Assembly (NCBI GenBank): GCA_951804945.1
Contig: OX638155.1
Span: 72,850,001 to 72,914,000 of the forward strand
DNA: 64,000 bases
Origin: Podarcis cretensis
Taxonomy: Eukaryota
Direction: 5' to 3'
The notes beneath the pieces are model-generated. The model was not told the origin of the DNA. It ran no database searches and saw only the letters and a list, made by a program, of their open reading frames with translations. Shown piece by piece: positions 1 through 13,591 of this stretch. Within the stretch, counting starts at the first letter, position 1, and each line of letters opens with the position of its first letter. Position numbers and translations under genes: made by a program.

Positions 1-44
1 AATTATCTGCATTTTATACTAAATCCAATCATATTCCCAGGATA

Positions 45-409
45 AAGGTAAAGGTAAAGGTACCCCTGCCCGTACGGGCCAGTCTTGACAGACTCTGGGG
101 TTGTGCGCCCATCTCACTCAAAAGGCCAGGGGCCAGCGCTGTCCGGAGACACTTCCGGGTCACGTGGCCAGCGTGACAAAGCTGCATCTGGCGAGCCAGA
201 GCCACACACGGAAACGCCGTTTACCTTCCCGCTGGTAAGTGGTCCCTATTTATCTACTTGCACCCGGAGGTGCTTTCAAACTGCTAGGTTGGCAGGCGCT
301 GGGACCGAGCAGCGGGAGCGCACCCCGCCGCAGGGATTCGAACCGCCGACCTTTCGATCGGCAAGTCCTAGGCGCTGAGGCTTTAACCCACAGCGCCACC
401 TGCGTCCCC
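45..409 (-). mobile_element. Sauria SINE, full-length, young
   Basis: tRNA-like head GGGACGCAGGTGGCGCTGTGG, (ACCTTT)n tail, 12-bp TSD attcccaggata (33-44 / 411-422). Confidence 0.93.
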
Positions 410-649
410 AATTCCCAGGATAGTTTGCATAAAAAGATGACAAAACAATTAAAATATAAATACACAAGCCTAATGGACTACAAATATCACAAGTTCTCAA
501 GACCAACATAAGAACAACAAGGTAGATTTTTAAAATGTGCCTAAAAGGCTCAAGAAAAGGCAAATCTCTTTGGGAATAGCATTTTGAAATCAGAGCAACA
601 CCAGCAAGAAGACCCTATCTCTGAAACTGAATGGAAACAGAAATTGCCT

Positions 650-972
650 AATTCACAATTTCTGAAAAACAGTATGCAAATGGCAGCACAGCCCTTCAAA
701 ATTCAAGCTTCTCTGAATTTTGTCGTATAGTTCTCCACTCAAACAATATGCACAAAAATGCAAATATTAGTGAAAGCAACATAGAAAAATATTATTATAT
801 TAGTCAAAGTTGAAATGTGCTTCTTAGGAGAAATGCACATAAAAATCTGATGGATTTTCATGAGGATTAAAAATACAAAACCACAAATTCCTGTGGAAAT
901 GTGGAGAACCCAAGTTGAAAATGGGGGAAATGAGGACCTAGAGAAGCAAAATTGACAGATTCATCCATCGCT
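650..972. mobile_element. Old non-autonomous DNA-transposon-like repeat (related copy ~51200-51513, opposite orientation)
   Basis: Recognisable similarity between the two degenerate copies; ends resemble ...ccatccct. Confidence 0.45.
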
Positions 973-2296
973 GTTGTCCAGTGCTGGTTGATGCTTGAAA
1001 CACTGATTTGCAAAGTGAATTAAATAGTTCCAGACCTTTGGACAGCCTCCAGTCTGTCAGGAGTGACGTTAGTAATGGAGGAGACCCAGCTCCTTTTTTG
1101 CATGGAGATGGCCGACCTGATCACACTTTGTCCACATTTTGTCCACAGGCAGAGCACCTTTCTTTCATATAGCATGGTAGGTAGCCAGCTTGGAATGTGG
1201 GCAATGAAATCACTGACCCATCAATAGTTCCACAGGAGGAAACAGAAGCCAAAAGCATGTAAATTGTTGCAGACTGAGATCCTGGCATACAGCTGGCATG
1301 GCAGTTGCCAGAATGCCCCCAGCTAATCTTTCCTTCCTTGGCTTTTGAGAAGATGCCGTTGAAGAGGGAGAACCAAAGAGGCTGGAGAGTTGGATCCAGT
1401 CTCACTTTAGTGTTTGCCTTTCTGCATGCACACAATTGAATTAACCAATTTCACAGACATGAGGTGTGAGATCTAAAAAGCATGAATCCCCAGCCAGCTG
1501 TCTAGACATTGGTGCTGATACATAAACATGCAGGCTGTATAACTGAGCATCAAGATCAACTCATGAGCATGGAAGATGGTTACAAGTACATTTGCAAAAT
1601 GGTGCTTACTCCTTCATCAATAACTGTTTCCCATGGGACTTTTTGCTGCCTGTTGGGATGGAGCTGGTGGCAGACCTTCTCATTTTAATAATGAAGAAGT
1701 TGTGATGTCTAAGATATATATATATCACATCCTAGATGTGTATTTATTTTTTTAGTGAGGATGATTGGACTAATGTGAGCCTTATGTTCTCACTTTGAGC
1801 CTAGCCAATCATTGGCAAACACCCCTACTTACATGATCTAATGCTTACATGCTTGAGTAGTATTAATCTGATACATCTGTGTTTGCCTTTAGCATGCAGA
1901 TAGACACATCCTGGGGATGAAGGACACATCCAGGGAACTAGCCCGAAGGCTCATCGGTTCTGATGGGGCTTTATGTATTTACCACGCTAGAAACTTTTCT
2001 GTTCACTTTTAACAAGTCTCTGCTGCTTTTCTGGGCTGGTGTAGCATTCATGTTCTGTCTGTTTCTGATATCTAGGCTGTAAGTCTGTGTCTTCACAATA
2101 TCTTTGCTTTAGAGGTTGTTTGCTTTTCATGCATCAGAAATAGCCCAGTGTTCGTTTTTCTGAATTTTGTAGAAAGCGCTGCTCATCTACAATTTGCTCC
2201 CATTTTTGGTTCCTCCAGTTCATTCATGTTTTTATTTTCCCTACCTTATAAGTTATTGAAGTGGATGTTCAGTGCACTGATACAACACTGCAAGAG

Positions 2297-2382
2297 AAAG
2301 GGAAAGGGAAAGGGAAAGGGAAAGGGAAAGGGAAAGGGAAAGGGAAAGGGAAAGGGAAAGGGAAAGGGAAAGGGAAAGGGAA
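2297..2382. repeat. (AAAGGG)n microsatellite, ~14 units
   Basis: Direct reading. Confidence 0.98.
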
Positions 2383-4134
2383 TCTTGATGCGATTGTATT
2401 GAGATTCTTTTTGTGTAGTGTTTTACCAAATAGCAGGAGAATATTATATGGCAGTAAAACACTGTGAGAAAAGAATATTAATTCAATTGTACAATGATAA
2501 GATCAAACATGATTTGTGTCAGTCTTTTATAAGTGTGCACATATGTGTCATAAAAATAATGGGGAGAAATACGCAAATTAATGGAAAGCTCCAGTAAACA
2601 GTTCCTACTTCAGTTTTTGAATTTAGAATTTTTCTTAGTTAAGCTGGTATTCAGTATTGGAAAACAGGTCCAAGTGAGTCCAGAAAACAATAAAATAAGG
2701 GAAGTGGGGACAATTTGTTCATCTTAGAGCCACTGATTTTACTCAGGTTAACTGCTTTTCTTTCAACAGAAACCAACTTTTGATTTACCCCTTTGATAGA
2801 GAGGGCTGGAAGTGAGTTTTTTACATCAAGATAACTTCATGGGTAAAGTAATCAGCTGTCAACCAATGAGAAAATGTTCTGCTCTAGCTGGCCATTGTAT
2901 TCATTGTTGAGCATATCTGTGGAACTCCTTCCAAAGGGAAATATATTTGGCTCCATCACTACCAGCTTTGAAACTCATTTATGTTTCCAGCTGCTTTTAG
3001 CTGAGTTTCTGAGTTGTAATGATTTGTATTGCTGCTCTTTAAAATAAAAATGCTTTCTCTAAAAACTAAACAACTTAAAAATTGTGTCAGCTGGTATTAT
3101 ATGAGTTCCTGGATTGTGAAATATTTTAAACTTCTTTTTAAAATAACTGTACTTTATTGGAACAAGATATCGAATGGAAAGTCTGTTTGTGTTTTAAATG
3201 TAAAGTGTACAGGGTGGGGGTAGATTTGCCCTGAAAGGTGGCATAGACATATTTTTAAAAATAAGGAACTAAAAAAAGGGGGGGATTGGGGTCCCTTCCT
3301 GAAGATTCCAATGTGCTTTGGGGGGTGGTTTATTATTTTTTCCTTTGATGTTTTGTCTTTGGAAATATCAAACATATTTACCTTAAACCATGGGTTAATT
3401 CACTTTCCCATGAGGAACTGGGTATGTCTCCAGCTGTATTTTGACTGAATGTTACTCACGGACCATTAACATTGTTTGAAGCAAAGCTTTATCTTTCGAA
3501 GGGCAAAATTTATGGCATTTTTTAAGGAAGAGGAAAAAACTAGGTGCCTTTGGAGTAAAACATGGTTATGTGGGTGGGAGTGAGGAGGCGGTCCGAGCAT
3601 GTTCCCTTTGAAAACTTTGGCTACTTTATTCGACATATGCTGTTTAAATATAGTGCTCTGTGATTTGTGTGTGTGTAATAACAAGAAGGGTCAAATAACC
3701 CAACACAGATTCCAATGTTGCATATGCCCATTCAAACACGTTGGATGGTAAAGAGCTCCCACAGTTGCTAAAATTGATTTAGGTTCTGCACATGTTTCGA
3801 ATTGGGAGCTTTGTTTGTGCAGAAGGTTGAAATCGGTGAGTTGGTGAACCTGCAGCAGGGATGTCCTCAGATTCCCCCCGCCCCCCCCATTCTCATCTTT
3901 CTCCTTGATCTTGATGTGAAGACGGTTATTATTTTACCAGCTACACAAAAATGCAAACATCTCTTGCATATCATATGCATTCTTACACACATTAAGATAT
4001 GCTTATATTATATGCATAGATGCTCCAGGTTTCCTAAAGTAGCAACACACAAATAGATACATACAACAAAGCAAATAACTGTATAAAAATACCTATGTAT
4101 TAATGGACATAAAACCTGCTTAACACAGTTTTGT

Positions 4135-4700
4135 TTAGGGAAGCCTATCAAAAGGATTTTGCATCCAGGTTTCTTGGAGCAGGATGATCTTAAACTGTGA
4201 TATGTAGGTTAGAACGTCTTTGTCCATTGTTTTTGATTGCCATCCAGCAACGTTCCAGGATAGTAATAGAGGTGAGAGTCATTTTGTCTCTTCAATAGCA
4301 TCTAGTGCTTTCCCAGAGTCGTGGAAGATGCATCCATTGGATGGTGAAGTCTTCGGTAATGTGATTAGGGGCGCCACAGAGATTTCAGCGTGGATTTCAG
4401 TTGGGCAGAGTAGGAGTGTGTGTTCTGACGTGACCTGAGGAGTTTCATATCCCATTTTTCGCTCCAAGTTAAGTGGAGTATTTGCCTCATTTGTGGGCGC
4501 TAGGTCTCCAGAGTTGCGAAGATAGAGTAATAACTCATCTAGTCTGTCCGTTATCTCTGTTTGTTCGGCTTTTGGCAGATGGGAAAAGGAAACAAGTAAC
4601 TCCTGCACCATCGAATTCTCTAGATGAGTAGCCTTTGATAGAAGGGGAATGGGGGCCTATCTAGAAGTGGTTGCTGACTTGTTTTATTTGAGTCATCCAG
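4135..4700 (-). mobile_element. Non-LTR retrotransposon fragment (RTE-X/L2-like): ORF1 C-terminus + start of ORF2 APE endonuclease
   Basis: After the TGA at 4279 the same frame reads LSPLLLSWNVAGW...KIILLQETW, the N-terminal APE motifs. Confidence 0.75.
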
Positions 4701-5384
4701 TTTCACAGCTTATAAGCGGGACTGTGTAATTAGTGGCAGGGTACTTTGGCCCAGTCCTATATAAACCTGTTTCCACAGCTGCCCCCAAACCTAGCTGGGA
4801 TAAGGCAAAGAAAACTAATAAAATAATTTAATTAAAACCATAATAAAATCACAACTTGAAAGCTTCAGCAAAATCACGAATAATCGTGAGAACAGCAGAC
4901 TATTTAAAACAGCAGCAACAACCTAAGCCTGTGGAAACAAGAAGAGTATATGAATTGCTTAATATTACTATAGTTGAAATTAATAAATGGTAGGATTATG
5001 ATTATTTGGGGCATTGAAGGGAGAATTGCAGTCCAGTGGAAAAATGCAAGCTAAGCATCCTTTCCAGGCCAGGGCCTCCCCTAGGACTAAGGTGTTAACA
5101 TGACAAAGGTGTAGGTGGCCCATCTAAAAGGAATCTTGGGCTTGGGCAGATGGAGGTGGCCAAGATGGTGCATGTTTGTGAGGTGAAAGGAGAAGAGTCT
5201 TTTTAGTGAGGTACACCGGGGAGAACAAGGATGAGAACAAAGACAGATCCATTTTCGGCAGTCTAGCTGCAGGCAGGCTCAGAGAGATGCTCTTGAGTGC
5301 ACTGCTGTGGGAAAGAAGTCCTTCTTGAGATGGAGTTCCTCCATGCAGACTGAAGGTGTAAATATGTGAATAAATCATATTCCA

Positions 5385-5925
5385 CATATAAAAATTATTA
5401 AATTTTCTGTTTTACAATTTAAAGTACTCATTTTTACATCCTTAAAATATTAATGACTCCTCTTCTCTTTCCATGGTTCATTTTACATATCATAAATCCT
5501 TGCATATTTTACAAAAACTATACCATTCAGTATTCTATTATTACACCCATCAAAACTTATTTACACTGTTGAATTTATCTTAATGCTGCCAGCGTTTTCA
5601 GCTGTACAGAGATATTTCCCATATAATCAATAAACGTTTTCCAATCTTCTCTAAACGTATGTTCTTCTTGTTCTCTTATTCTATACGTTAAGTCTGCAAG
5701 CTGCACAAATTCTGCAAACTTAAGTTGCCATTCTTCTTTGGTTGGGACCTCGCTTGTTTTCCATTTCGGGACTAACAAAACACAGGCCATATTAGTGGCT
5801 TACATAAATATCCTTTTTTGACACCTGGGAATTTCAGTCTGAATTATCCCCAACAGAAAGGACTCTGGTTTGGGGTGGGGGGTGGGGAAAGTACTTTAAA
5901 ACATTTTTTTCAATTCATTATGTGT
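5385..5925 (-). mobile_element. L1-clade LINE 3' fragment, degenerate
   Basis: ORF2 C-terminal remnant KWKTSEVPTKEEWQ...EDWKTFIDYM, homologous to the ORF at 62755-63399. Confidence 0.8.
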
Positions 5926-6104
5926 CAGTTCCTTAAAGCTATGATGTTTTTGCCATGTATTCAATTCTCCAAAGGAGTATAGACCCTGGGTAAGTGCCTG
6001 GAACCCCCTGGAATCTTGCTACTGCTACCCAACTTTTGTTACAATACAAAAATATTACTATGCTATTATATTTTGATCCTACCCTTCTTCCAAGGAGCTT
6101 ACGT

Positions 6105-6550
6105 TTCTGAGCACAATGTTGGTGTTGACCTTTAAAGCCCTAAATGGTGTTGGTGTTGACCTTTAAAGCCCTAAAAGCCCTCGGTCCAGTATACCTGAAG
6201 GAGCGTCTCCATCGTTCTGCCCGGACACTGAGGTCCAGCACTGAGGGCCTTCTGGCGGTTCACTCACTGCGAGAAGCAAAGCTACAGGGAACCAGACTGA
6301 GGGCCTTCTCTGTAGTGGCGCCCACCCTGTGGAACACCCTCCCATCAGATGTCAAAGAGATAAACAACTACCTGACATTTAGAAGACATCTGAAGGCAGC
6401 CCTTTAGAAGACACCTGAAGGCAGTTTTTAATGTGTGACATTTTAATGTATTTTTAATCTTTGTTGGAAGCTGCCCAGAGTGGCTGGGGAAACCCAGCCG
6501 GATGGGCGGGGTACAAATAATAAATGATGATGATGATGATAATGATGATG
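6105..6550 (+). mobile_element. L2 LINE 3' end
   Basis: VLTFKAL..LGP.YLKERL...[15 protein letters not shown]; (AAT/GAT)n tail; small internal duplication 6120-6175. Confidence 0.85.
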
Positions 6551-8574
6551 GGGTACATGTTTTCTTCTGCCATTTTATCCCCGCAACAATCTACAGTGGT
6601 AGGTTAAGAGGAGAGAGAGACTGGCCGAATACCTCCGAGCAAGCTTGATGGTTGATTGGGGATTTTAGCCCAAGACTCTGGTTTAAGTCAAGCACAAGAC
6701 ACTGACTCATAAGGCCTTGTGAATGAGATAAACAGAATTTAGAAGGACACATTCACAGAGGCCAAAAGGTAGAAGAAAGGTCAAAACAGGCTCTTCATTG
6801 CTCTTCCCATGAACTTGTTCAGCTCATTTGATTTCTTTATTATTCCTGAAAGGAGTGAACCCCTCAAAAGGATTTATTTATTCTTTTTTTACAATCAGCT
6901 TCTTACAAAGTAGGGACATCTACTGGTCTATGCATTGGGGGCTTTGGGGTTTAAGCTCTGCTGGTGTATTGCTTACTGCAGAGTTATGCAATGAGAAGAA
7001 ATTCTGATATCCTACCCCATGCTTTTTAAATATAGTGCTTTGGCACAGAAAGTGTAACTCTATCCTTAAAAAGGAAATTCAAGCCTTCAGCTCTGATTCC
7101 TATCCCATACAAGATTTCTCATGCCTAAAACATCACATCGTCAGTCATATAAAATCACTTGCCATTCCAAGAGGTTTAAAACAACAAAGTGAGGTTACCC
7201 TGCATTTTATTTTTTTAAAAAAGCATATCTCTCCATTATCTTGGTTTGTCAGTTTGCGTTAGATCATTAGTATTGGTGTTTTTAAAGAAGTATTTATATA
7301 TGTATATACATATTAATAATGCTTGTGGACACAAGCTTTGTTCAGGGCATTTCTGTTTTATTTGTGTTGCCATGATTGATTTGCTTGCTTTATAATATGC
7401 TGGTTTCAAATTTCCTGCAATGTGGATCAAGTTTATAATCTAATTTGAAATTTATCCTCTGTGTGTTCTGGTCCAAATCAGATAGCAGATAACATTTGAT
7501 CTTACATTTGTCATGACGCTCCCCCCCCCCAGCCCTACTTTGGAAGTTTTATTAGATATTTTAAAGTAAGTTTAATAGGACCCTTGGGGTTGCCAATTCC
7601 ATGTGAACCCCTGAATCAGAAGACCAAAGTTGTCATATCCCCCCTAAATTGACATACTTATACTTTTAGCTGCTTGTTGCATTCATATGATATATTTTGG
7701 CTTGCCATCCCCACAAAACACCATCAAACTCTTGCTTTCACAGCATCATAAGCATTTAGGTGTTGCAGTGAACCTGAAGCATTTGATGGTCTTTTTTTTC
7801 ATATTATTATTAGGGAGTGAGGGTTATTCATGGACCTGAAGAAGTCTTCATATCCAGGTCAGTGCTGGTTCCAATCCTTGGCTTAGCTCATCAAGTACCT
7901 TCCTGGTGAACCAGAAGTGTAATGTTGGTCTTCTACTGATTCTTTCCAAAGCCTGCTGGGAGGTGGTTACTGGTGGTTGCTAACTGGCCGGCTGCTCCCT
8001 GCACAGGTGTGGTGGGATGGAGATGGGCATGAGGGCATCTAGCTAGTCAGTAACAACTTTCTGGTAGAGATGGAGATTCCCAGCACCACCCCTTGTTTGC
8101 CACACATTTGATTGGTGGTCATTCCTACTAGCGGACCACTTCAGAGCTGCTGGTGGTGCCAGTGATACAATGGTGGAAATACCTAAAGCCAAGACATGTT
8201 AGCAAAGATGTGCTTTAACATTTTAGCTGCCCTAACCAGCAACTAACAAAAGCAGAAACTTTCCAGGTACCAGAATTTACACTCCACGTCCAACTAAAAA
8301 GCTGGTTGTGTGGGTGGTCAGGACTGCATGGTATGATGCTGGGAAAAACTACTTGTAAATAAGAGAAGAGTAATTGGATGGGTGACTGAGTAAATTGGGT
8401 TGTTGTCTTTATGGATTCGAACCTGCCGTCCACATCAAAGCAGAAGAAAAGGGTGTTCCACAAAAGTGTGGGAAAGATAGGATTAGCTGTAAAGCTTCTG
8501 CAAAGACTGCTCTTTTTCTGATCCAGATGAAACCATGATACGGAATGTAAAAAAACCAACTGCCCTCCAAGAAA

Positions 8575-9631
8575 CATAGAACCATAGAATCATAGAGTTG
8601 GAAGAGACCACAAGGGCCATTGAGTCCAACCCCCTGCCAAGCAGGAAACACCATCAGAGCACTCCTGACATATGGTTGTCAAGCCTCTGCTTAAAGACCT
8701 CCAAAGAAGGAGACTCCACCACACTCCTTGGCAGCAAATTCCACTGTCGAACAGCTCTTACTGTCAGGAAGTTCTTCCTAATGTTTAGGTGGAATCTTTT
8801 TTTCTTGTAGTTTGGAACCATTGCTCCGTGTCCGCTTCTCTGGAGCAGCAGAAAACAACCTTTCTCCCTCCTCTATGTGACATCCTTTTATATATTTGAA
8901 CATGGCTATCATATCACCCCTTAACCCCCTCTTCTCCAGGCTAAACATGCCCAGCTCCCTTAGCCGTTCCTCATAAGGCATCGTTTCCAGGCCTTTGACC
9001 ATTTTGGTTGCCCTCCTCTGGACACGTTCCAGTTTGTCAGTGTCCTTCTTGAACTGTGGTGCCCAGAACTGGACACAGTACTCCAGGTGAGGTCTGACCA
9101 GAGCAGAATACAGTGGCACTATTACTTCCCTTGATCTAGATGCTATACTCCTATTGATGCAGCCCAGAATTGCATTGGCTTTTTTAGCTGCCGCGTCACA
9201 CTGTGGGCTCATGTCAAGTTTGTGGTCAACCAAGACTCCTAGATCCTTTTCACATGTACTGCTCTCAAGCCAGGTGTCACCCATCTTGTATTTGTGCCTC
9301 TCATTTTTTTTTGCCCAAGTGCAATACTTTACATTTCTCCCTGTTAAAATTCATCTTGTTTGTTTTGGCCCAGTTCTCTAATCTGTCAAGGTCGTTTTGA
9401 AGTGTGATCCTGTCCTCTGGGGTGTTAGCCACCCCTCCCAGTTTGGTGCCATCTGCAAATTTGATCAGGATGCCCTTGAGTCCATCATCCAAGTCATTGA
9501 TAAAGATGTTGAATAAGACCGGGCCCAAGACAGAACCCTGTGGCACCCCACTAGTCACTCTTCTCCAGGATGAAGAGGAACCATTGATGAGCACCCTTTC
9601 GGTTCGGTCAGTCAGCCAGTTACAAATCCAA
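8575..9631 (-). mobile_element. CR1 LINE, 5'-truncated, young
   Basis: RT motifs [40 protein letters not shown]; (ATTCTATG)n tail. Confidence 0.96.
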
Positions 9632-11049
9632 ATGAGCACCCTAATCCTTAGGATGGATTATTTCCCTTGAGTACTAAAAGACCTTTCCAAATGTGATGTA
9701 GATGCTGGGCAGATGGGAGATCAGATCTACTAGTAGTGATTTGTAGTACACTGGCAATAACCGCCGACTCCAAACCACTTAACAGTGACAACAAAATGAC
9801 TTTACCACCTAAATTAGGCATCTGAAATAAAGCAAACTAATAAGGAGTGGAGTTTTGTGCAAAAGAATGGTGTTCAGATCAGTTCTTCTACTGAAAAATG
9901 AATTCCTAGGCTCAGAATGTGCTCAGAGGCACCCAGTTTGCTGATTGGTTGGTAGAGCTTGATGTTGTAGGAAAAATATAAATTTGACCCGGTAAGTCTG
10001 AACTCTGCATGCTCCTGACATGGAAGATGCAATGTTGGGTTCAAAGTCCCCAGTTGGCCGTGGAGCAGATTGGATGGCATTGAGTCAATTGGAAGCTCTA
10101 ATTCACTGAATAGGGTTAATGTGAGGATAAAATTGGGAAATTGGGAAGGGCAGGGAACCCTACACATACATTGGAAGAAGAGGAATTTATCGTTCTCTGC
10201 TAATTAAATAATAAATAAATAAAATTAAAAAACAGAGATGCTATACAAGAACTTCTGCTGTCCTACCACAAAAGCTTCTTAAATGTGCTGACTTTGTAGG
10301 TTAAGATTATGATTATTTTTAAATAAGCAGGCTTTGATTGGAGCCTTAGAATTCCTTAAGACCTCACACCTATCTGGATATAAAGTCATTCACCATCTCT
10401 GCCACCTTCAAGCCACCTAAATTTAAACCCACTTAGCCCTTTAATGTTAAAACATTTATCTTTCATTTGTTACCCATTGAGATCCAGTGAGTCTGCAAGA
10501 CACTGCCGTATTGAAACATCTGGGTTTGATTGCTTGCATTCTTTTAACCGCAGCCACTTTGATCCATTCCAGATGTATGATAACTAAAATTACATTTGAA
10601 TTGTTAATAACTGCTTTTTTTTTGAGGCTGGGGTAGGATAAGCCAGTCTTAAACTCCATACCTCCAGAGAAGAGAGACTTCTAGAAAGATATGCCTTGGA
10701 ACATATGCTGTTCACATACCAAAACCTCCAAGGTGAGATAAGCCCAACACAGATCAGCTTGTATACCATAAACACAAATAGGACGAAGCATACAATATTC
10801 ATGGAACTCATTGCCACGATATGGCTTTTAAAAGGTTAGGTGGGCCTGGGAAAGGTCTTGGCTGCTAAAAACCCAGCCTTCATAATCAGAGCCATGTGCT
10901 GGGGGAAAAAACAGGGGACCTCCATCTTAAGTTATATTTCAACATCCTTAAGGCTCTGGAATAGCTGTTTTGGAGAAAAAGGCTAGATGGACTTTTAGTC
11001 TGACCCAGCAAGCCAGTAATTATGGTTCTTTGCATTGCTTTATCCAGAT

Positions 11050-11510
11050 GTTTAATTTAATTTATTTGGTTTAAATTTTTATAAACAATCCTTTCCTCTA
11101 AAATATTACAAGGTGGTATACACACTAAAAACACAATCTTACAATAAAAATCAATATAAATGTCAAACACATCAGTAAGAACAGTAAGAACACATCAGTT
11201 AGAACTGGTTGGCACTAGATCTCAGATCTGAAAGGCCTGTCTGAATAATACAATTTTTAGAAGATGTCTAAAAGCAAGCAGGGACGATTCCTGCTGAACC
11301 TTCATTGGCAAGGAGTTCCACAGGGCAGAGCCCATCACACTGAAGGCTTGGCACCTGGTAAAGGCCAACCAGGGGCATATGCCCCATCAGAAGACTTTGG
11401 CGTTCAAGGAATAAAGAATCAGGAGGTCCTTGAAGTACTTTGGCCCAAGTAATTTAGAGCTTTGTGAATTAATAAAAGAACTTCAAACCTGGCCTGGTAG
11501 CAGATATTAA
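11050..11510 (-). mobile_element. Old L2 3' end
   Basis: gagttccacag...gaaggc and ggcccaag...agagcttt blocks as in the other L2 copies; T-rich tail. Confidence 0.6.
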
Positions 11511-11609
11511 GATCTGCAAGTCCTTGGATAGAGAAAAAGGAGAATAAAGTGGAGGTAAGAGATGCTCATTTGTGGGTCAATGGTAAAATGCAGCTCCACA
11601 CTTGACAGA

Positions 11610-12371
11610 TTGTTGTTGTTTAGTTGTTTAGTCATGTCCGACTCTTCGTGACCCCCTGGATCAGAGCACACCAGGCACTCCTGTCTTCCACTGACTCCTG
11701 CAGTTTGGTCAGACTCATGTTTGTAGCTTCAAGAACACTGTCCAACCATCTCATCCTCTCCTTCTCCTTGTGCCCTCCATCTTTCCCAACATCAGGGTCT
11801 TTTCCAGGGATTCTTCTCTTCTCATGAGGTGGCCAAAGTATTGGAGCCTCAGCTTCAGGATCGGTCCTTCCAGTGAGCACTCAGGGCTGATTTCCTTAAG
11901 AATGGAGAGGTCCATGGGACTCTCAAGAGTCTCCTCCAGCACCATAATTCAAAAGCATAAATTCTTCGGCGATCAGCCTTCTTTATGGTCCAGCTCTCAC
12001 TTCCATACATCACTACTGGGAAAACCATAGCTTTTACTATACGGACTGGCTTCCTATTGCAAGCAATGGCCATTGTGCAGCCAGAGAAGAAAGGAAGAAG
12101 TATTACTACTGGGAAAAATCATAGCTTTAATGATATGGACCTTTGTCAGCAAGGTGCTGTCTCTGCTTTTTAAGATGCTGTCTAGGTTTGCCATCGCCTT
12201 TCTCCCAAGGAGCAGGCGTCTTTTAATTTCGCAGCTGCTGTCACCACCTGCAGTGATCATAGAGCCCAAGAAAGTAAAATCTCTCACTGCCTCCATTTCT
12301 CCCCCTTCTATTTGCCAGGAGGTGATGGGACCAGTGGCCATGATCTTAGTTTTTTTGATGTTGAGCTTCAG
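11610..12371 (-). mobile_element. RTE-BovB LINE 3' fragment, internally rearranged
   Basis: LKLNIKKTKIMA.GPITSWQI, VKAMVFPVVMYG.ESWTIKKA, LKLRLQYFGHLMRREESLEKTLMLGK; (CAA)n tail. Confidence 0.93.
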
Positions 12372-13040
12372 GGATGGTGGGTGGGGGTTGGAGAAAGATG
12401 GACATTGGGATCTGCTGCCCCTGTGAATCCTCTCAGCTTGCCTCACGAGTAGGCCGGCCCTGTGTTGGATGCTGGCTTTCACATGTGTATCTTACTGTAG
12501 ACATGGCACTGTGTTTGGGGATATGCATGTACATTTGTCTGTATCACAGTGAACTATCCCTGCAATCCTTGCACCCCTGATTTTGAGATGGACCCCACTG
12601 TGTGTCACTTGCACAGAGGACTCCCCTGCTCAATGCTTGAGGGCCCCAGTCCTGCCACTCACCACCCGGCCTAGGGTGGGGCCTGACGGGCTCCATAAAG
12701 GACTGCTGCCGCTGCTGCTGCTGGGCTGAGAGGGCTCCATTTTTGTTTTTGTTTTTTGTTTTTTAAATTGCTGTTATTTTTTACCTATGTCATTTTGAAC
12801 TGTGATATTAATGCTGTATTCTTAGTTTTAGATTTAGATTTATATTGTTTTCCATTTGGTTGTATATTTTTTGATGTGGTTTATTAATTGTTTATGACTT
12901 TTGTAATTATGTAAATCTTGTCATGTTGTAAGTTCCACAGTTGTTTTTAACTGTGGAAAGGCGGCATACAAATAAAATGAAATAAAATGAGGGGGGGGGG
13001 AGATAATGAAATATACCCAAATCATATGAGCCCCATACGC

Positions 13041-13176
13041 CAGGCATAGGCAACCTTTGGCCCTCCAGATGTTTTGGACTACAATTCCCATCATTCCTGA
13101 CCACTGGTCCTGTTAGCTAGGGATCATGGGAGTTGTAGGCCAAAACATCTGGAGGGCCGAAGGTTGCCTATGCCTG
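13041..13176. mobile_element. hAT-type palindromic MITE
   Basis: TIR CAGGCATAGGCAACCT...AGGTTGCCTATGCCTG; 8-bp TSD ccatacgc/ccatatgc. Confidence 0.9.
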
Positions 13177-13591
13177 CCATATGCCATCACTCAAGCAGTA
13201 CTCACAGGCTGGATGAATTTGTGAGGCGAGGTTCAGTCACTCGGGGACTTTTGTAAGTAACTAATAACAGAAGTGGGCAGACACACAGCTGTACTTCCAG
13301 TAGACCAATATAGTAGGAAAGAAGCAATGCAGATTTGCATGCCATTATCAGCCTTGGCAAGAAAGTGACAGCAAATGACCAATGAATTTAATAAAGCACA
13401 GGCAAGATTGATTTAATGTTCTGAGAAGCGGCATGAGTGTTAGGAATCCAACAAGTACATAGACTAAGCTTGTGTGTATGTGGGGGAGAGAGGGAAACTG
13501 TGGTAGGAATATGGGTGAGTCTGGTCAACACCTGTTTTATAGGTCATGGTCAAAATTGAGGTTGTAAAACCTCTTATCAAACATTGGAGCA

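Noticed and set aside
85-378. 97-aa ORF repeated at 50561-50854
   Set aside because: Antisense reading of two Sauria SINE copies, not a duplicated gene.
2148-2467. GK- and LS-repeat ORFs
   Set aside because: Translation of the (AAAGGG)n microsatellite.
3470-3900. Possible very old L1 RT remnant (LQQGCPQ)
   Set aside because: Too degenerate to support a call.
10660-10830. Minus-strand hydrophobic ORF ending at a GAG|gtatgg donor-like site
   Set aside because: No recognisable homology; it overlaps what looks like a decayed plus-strand CR1 end (atggaactcattgccac).
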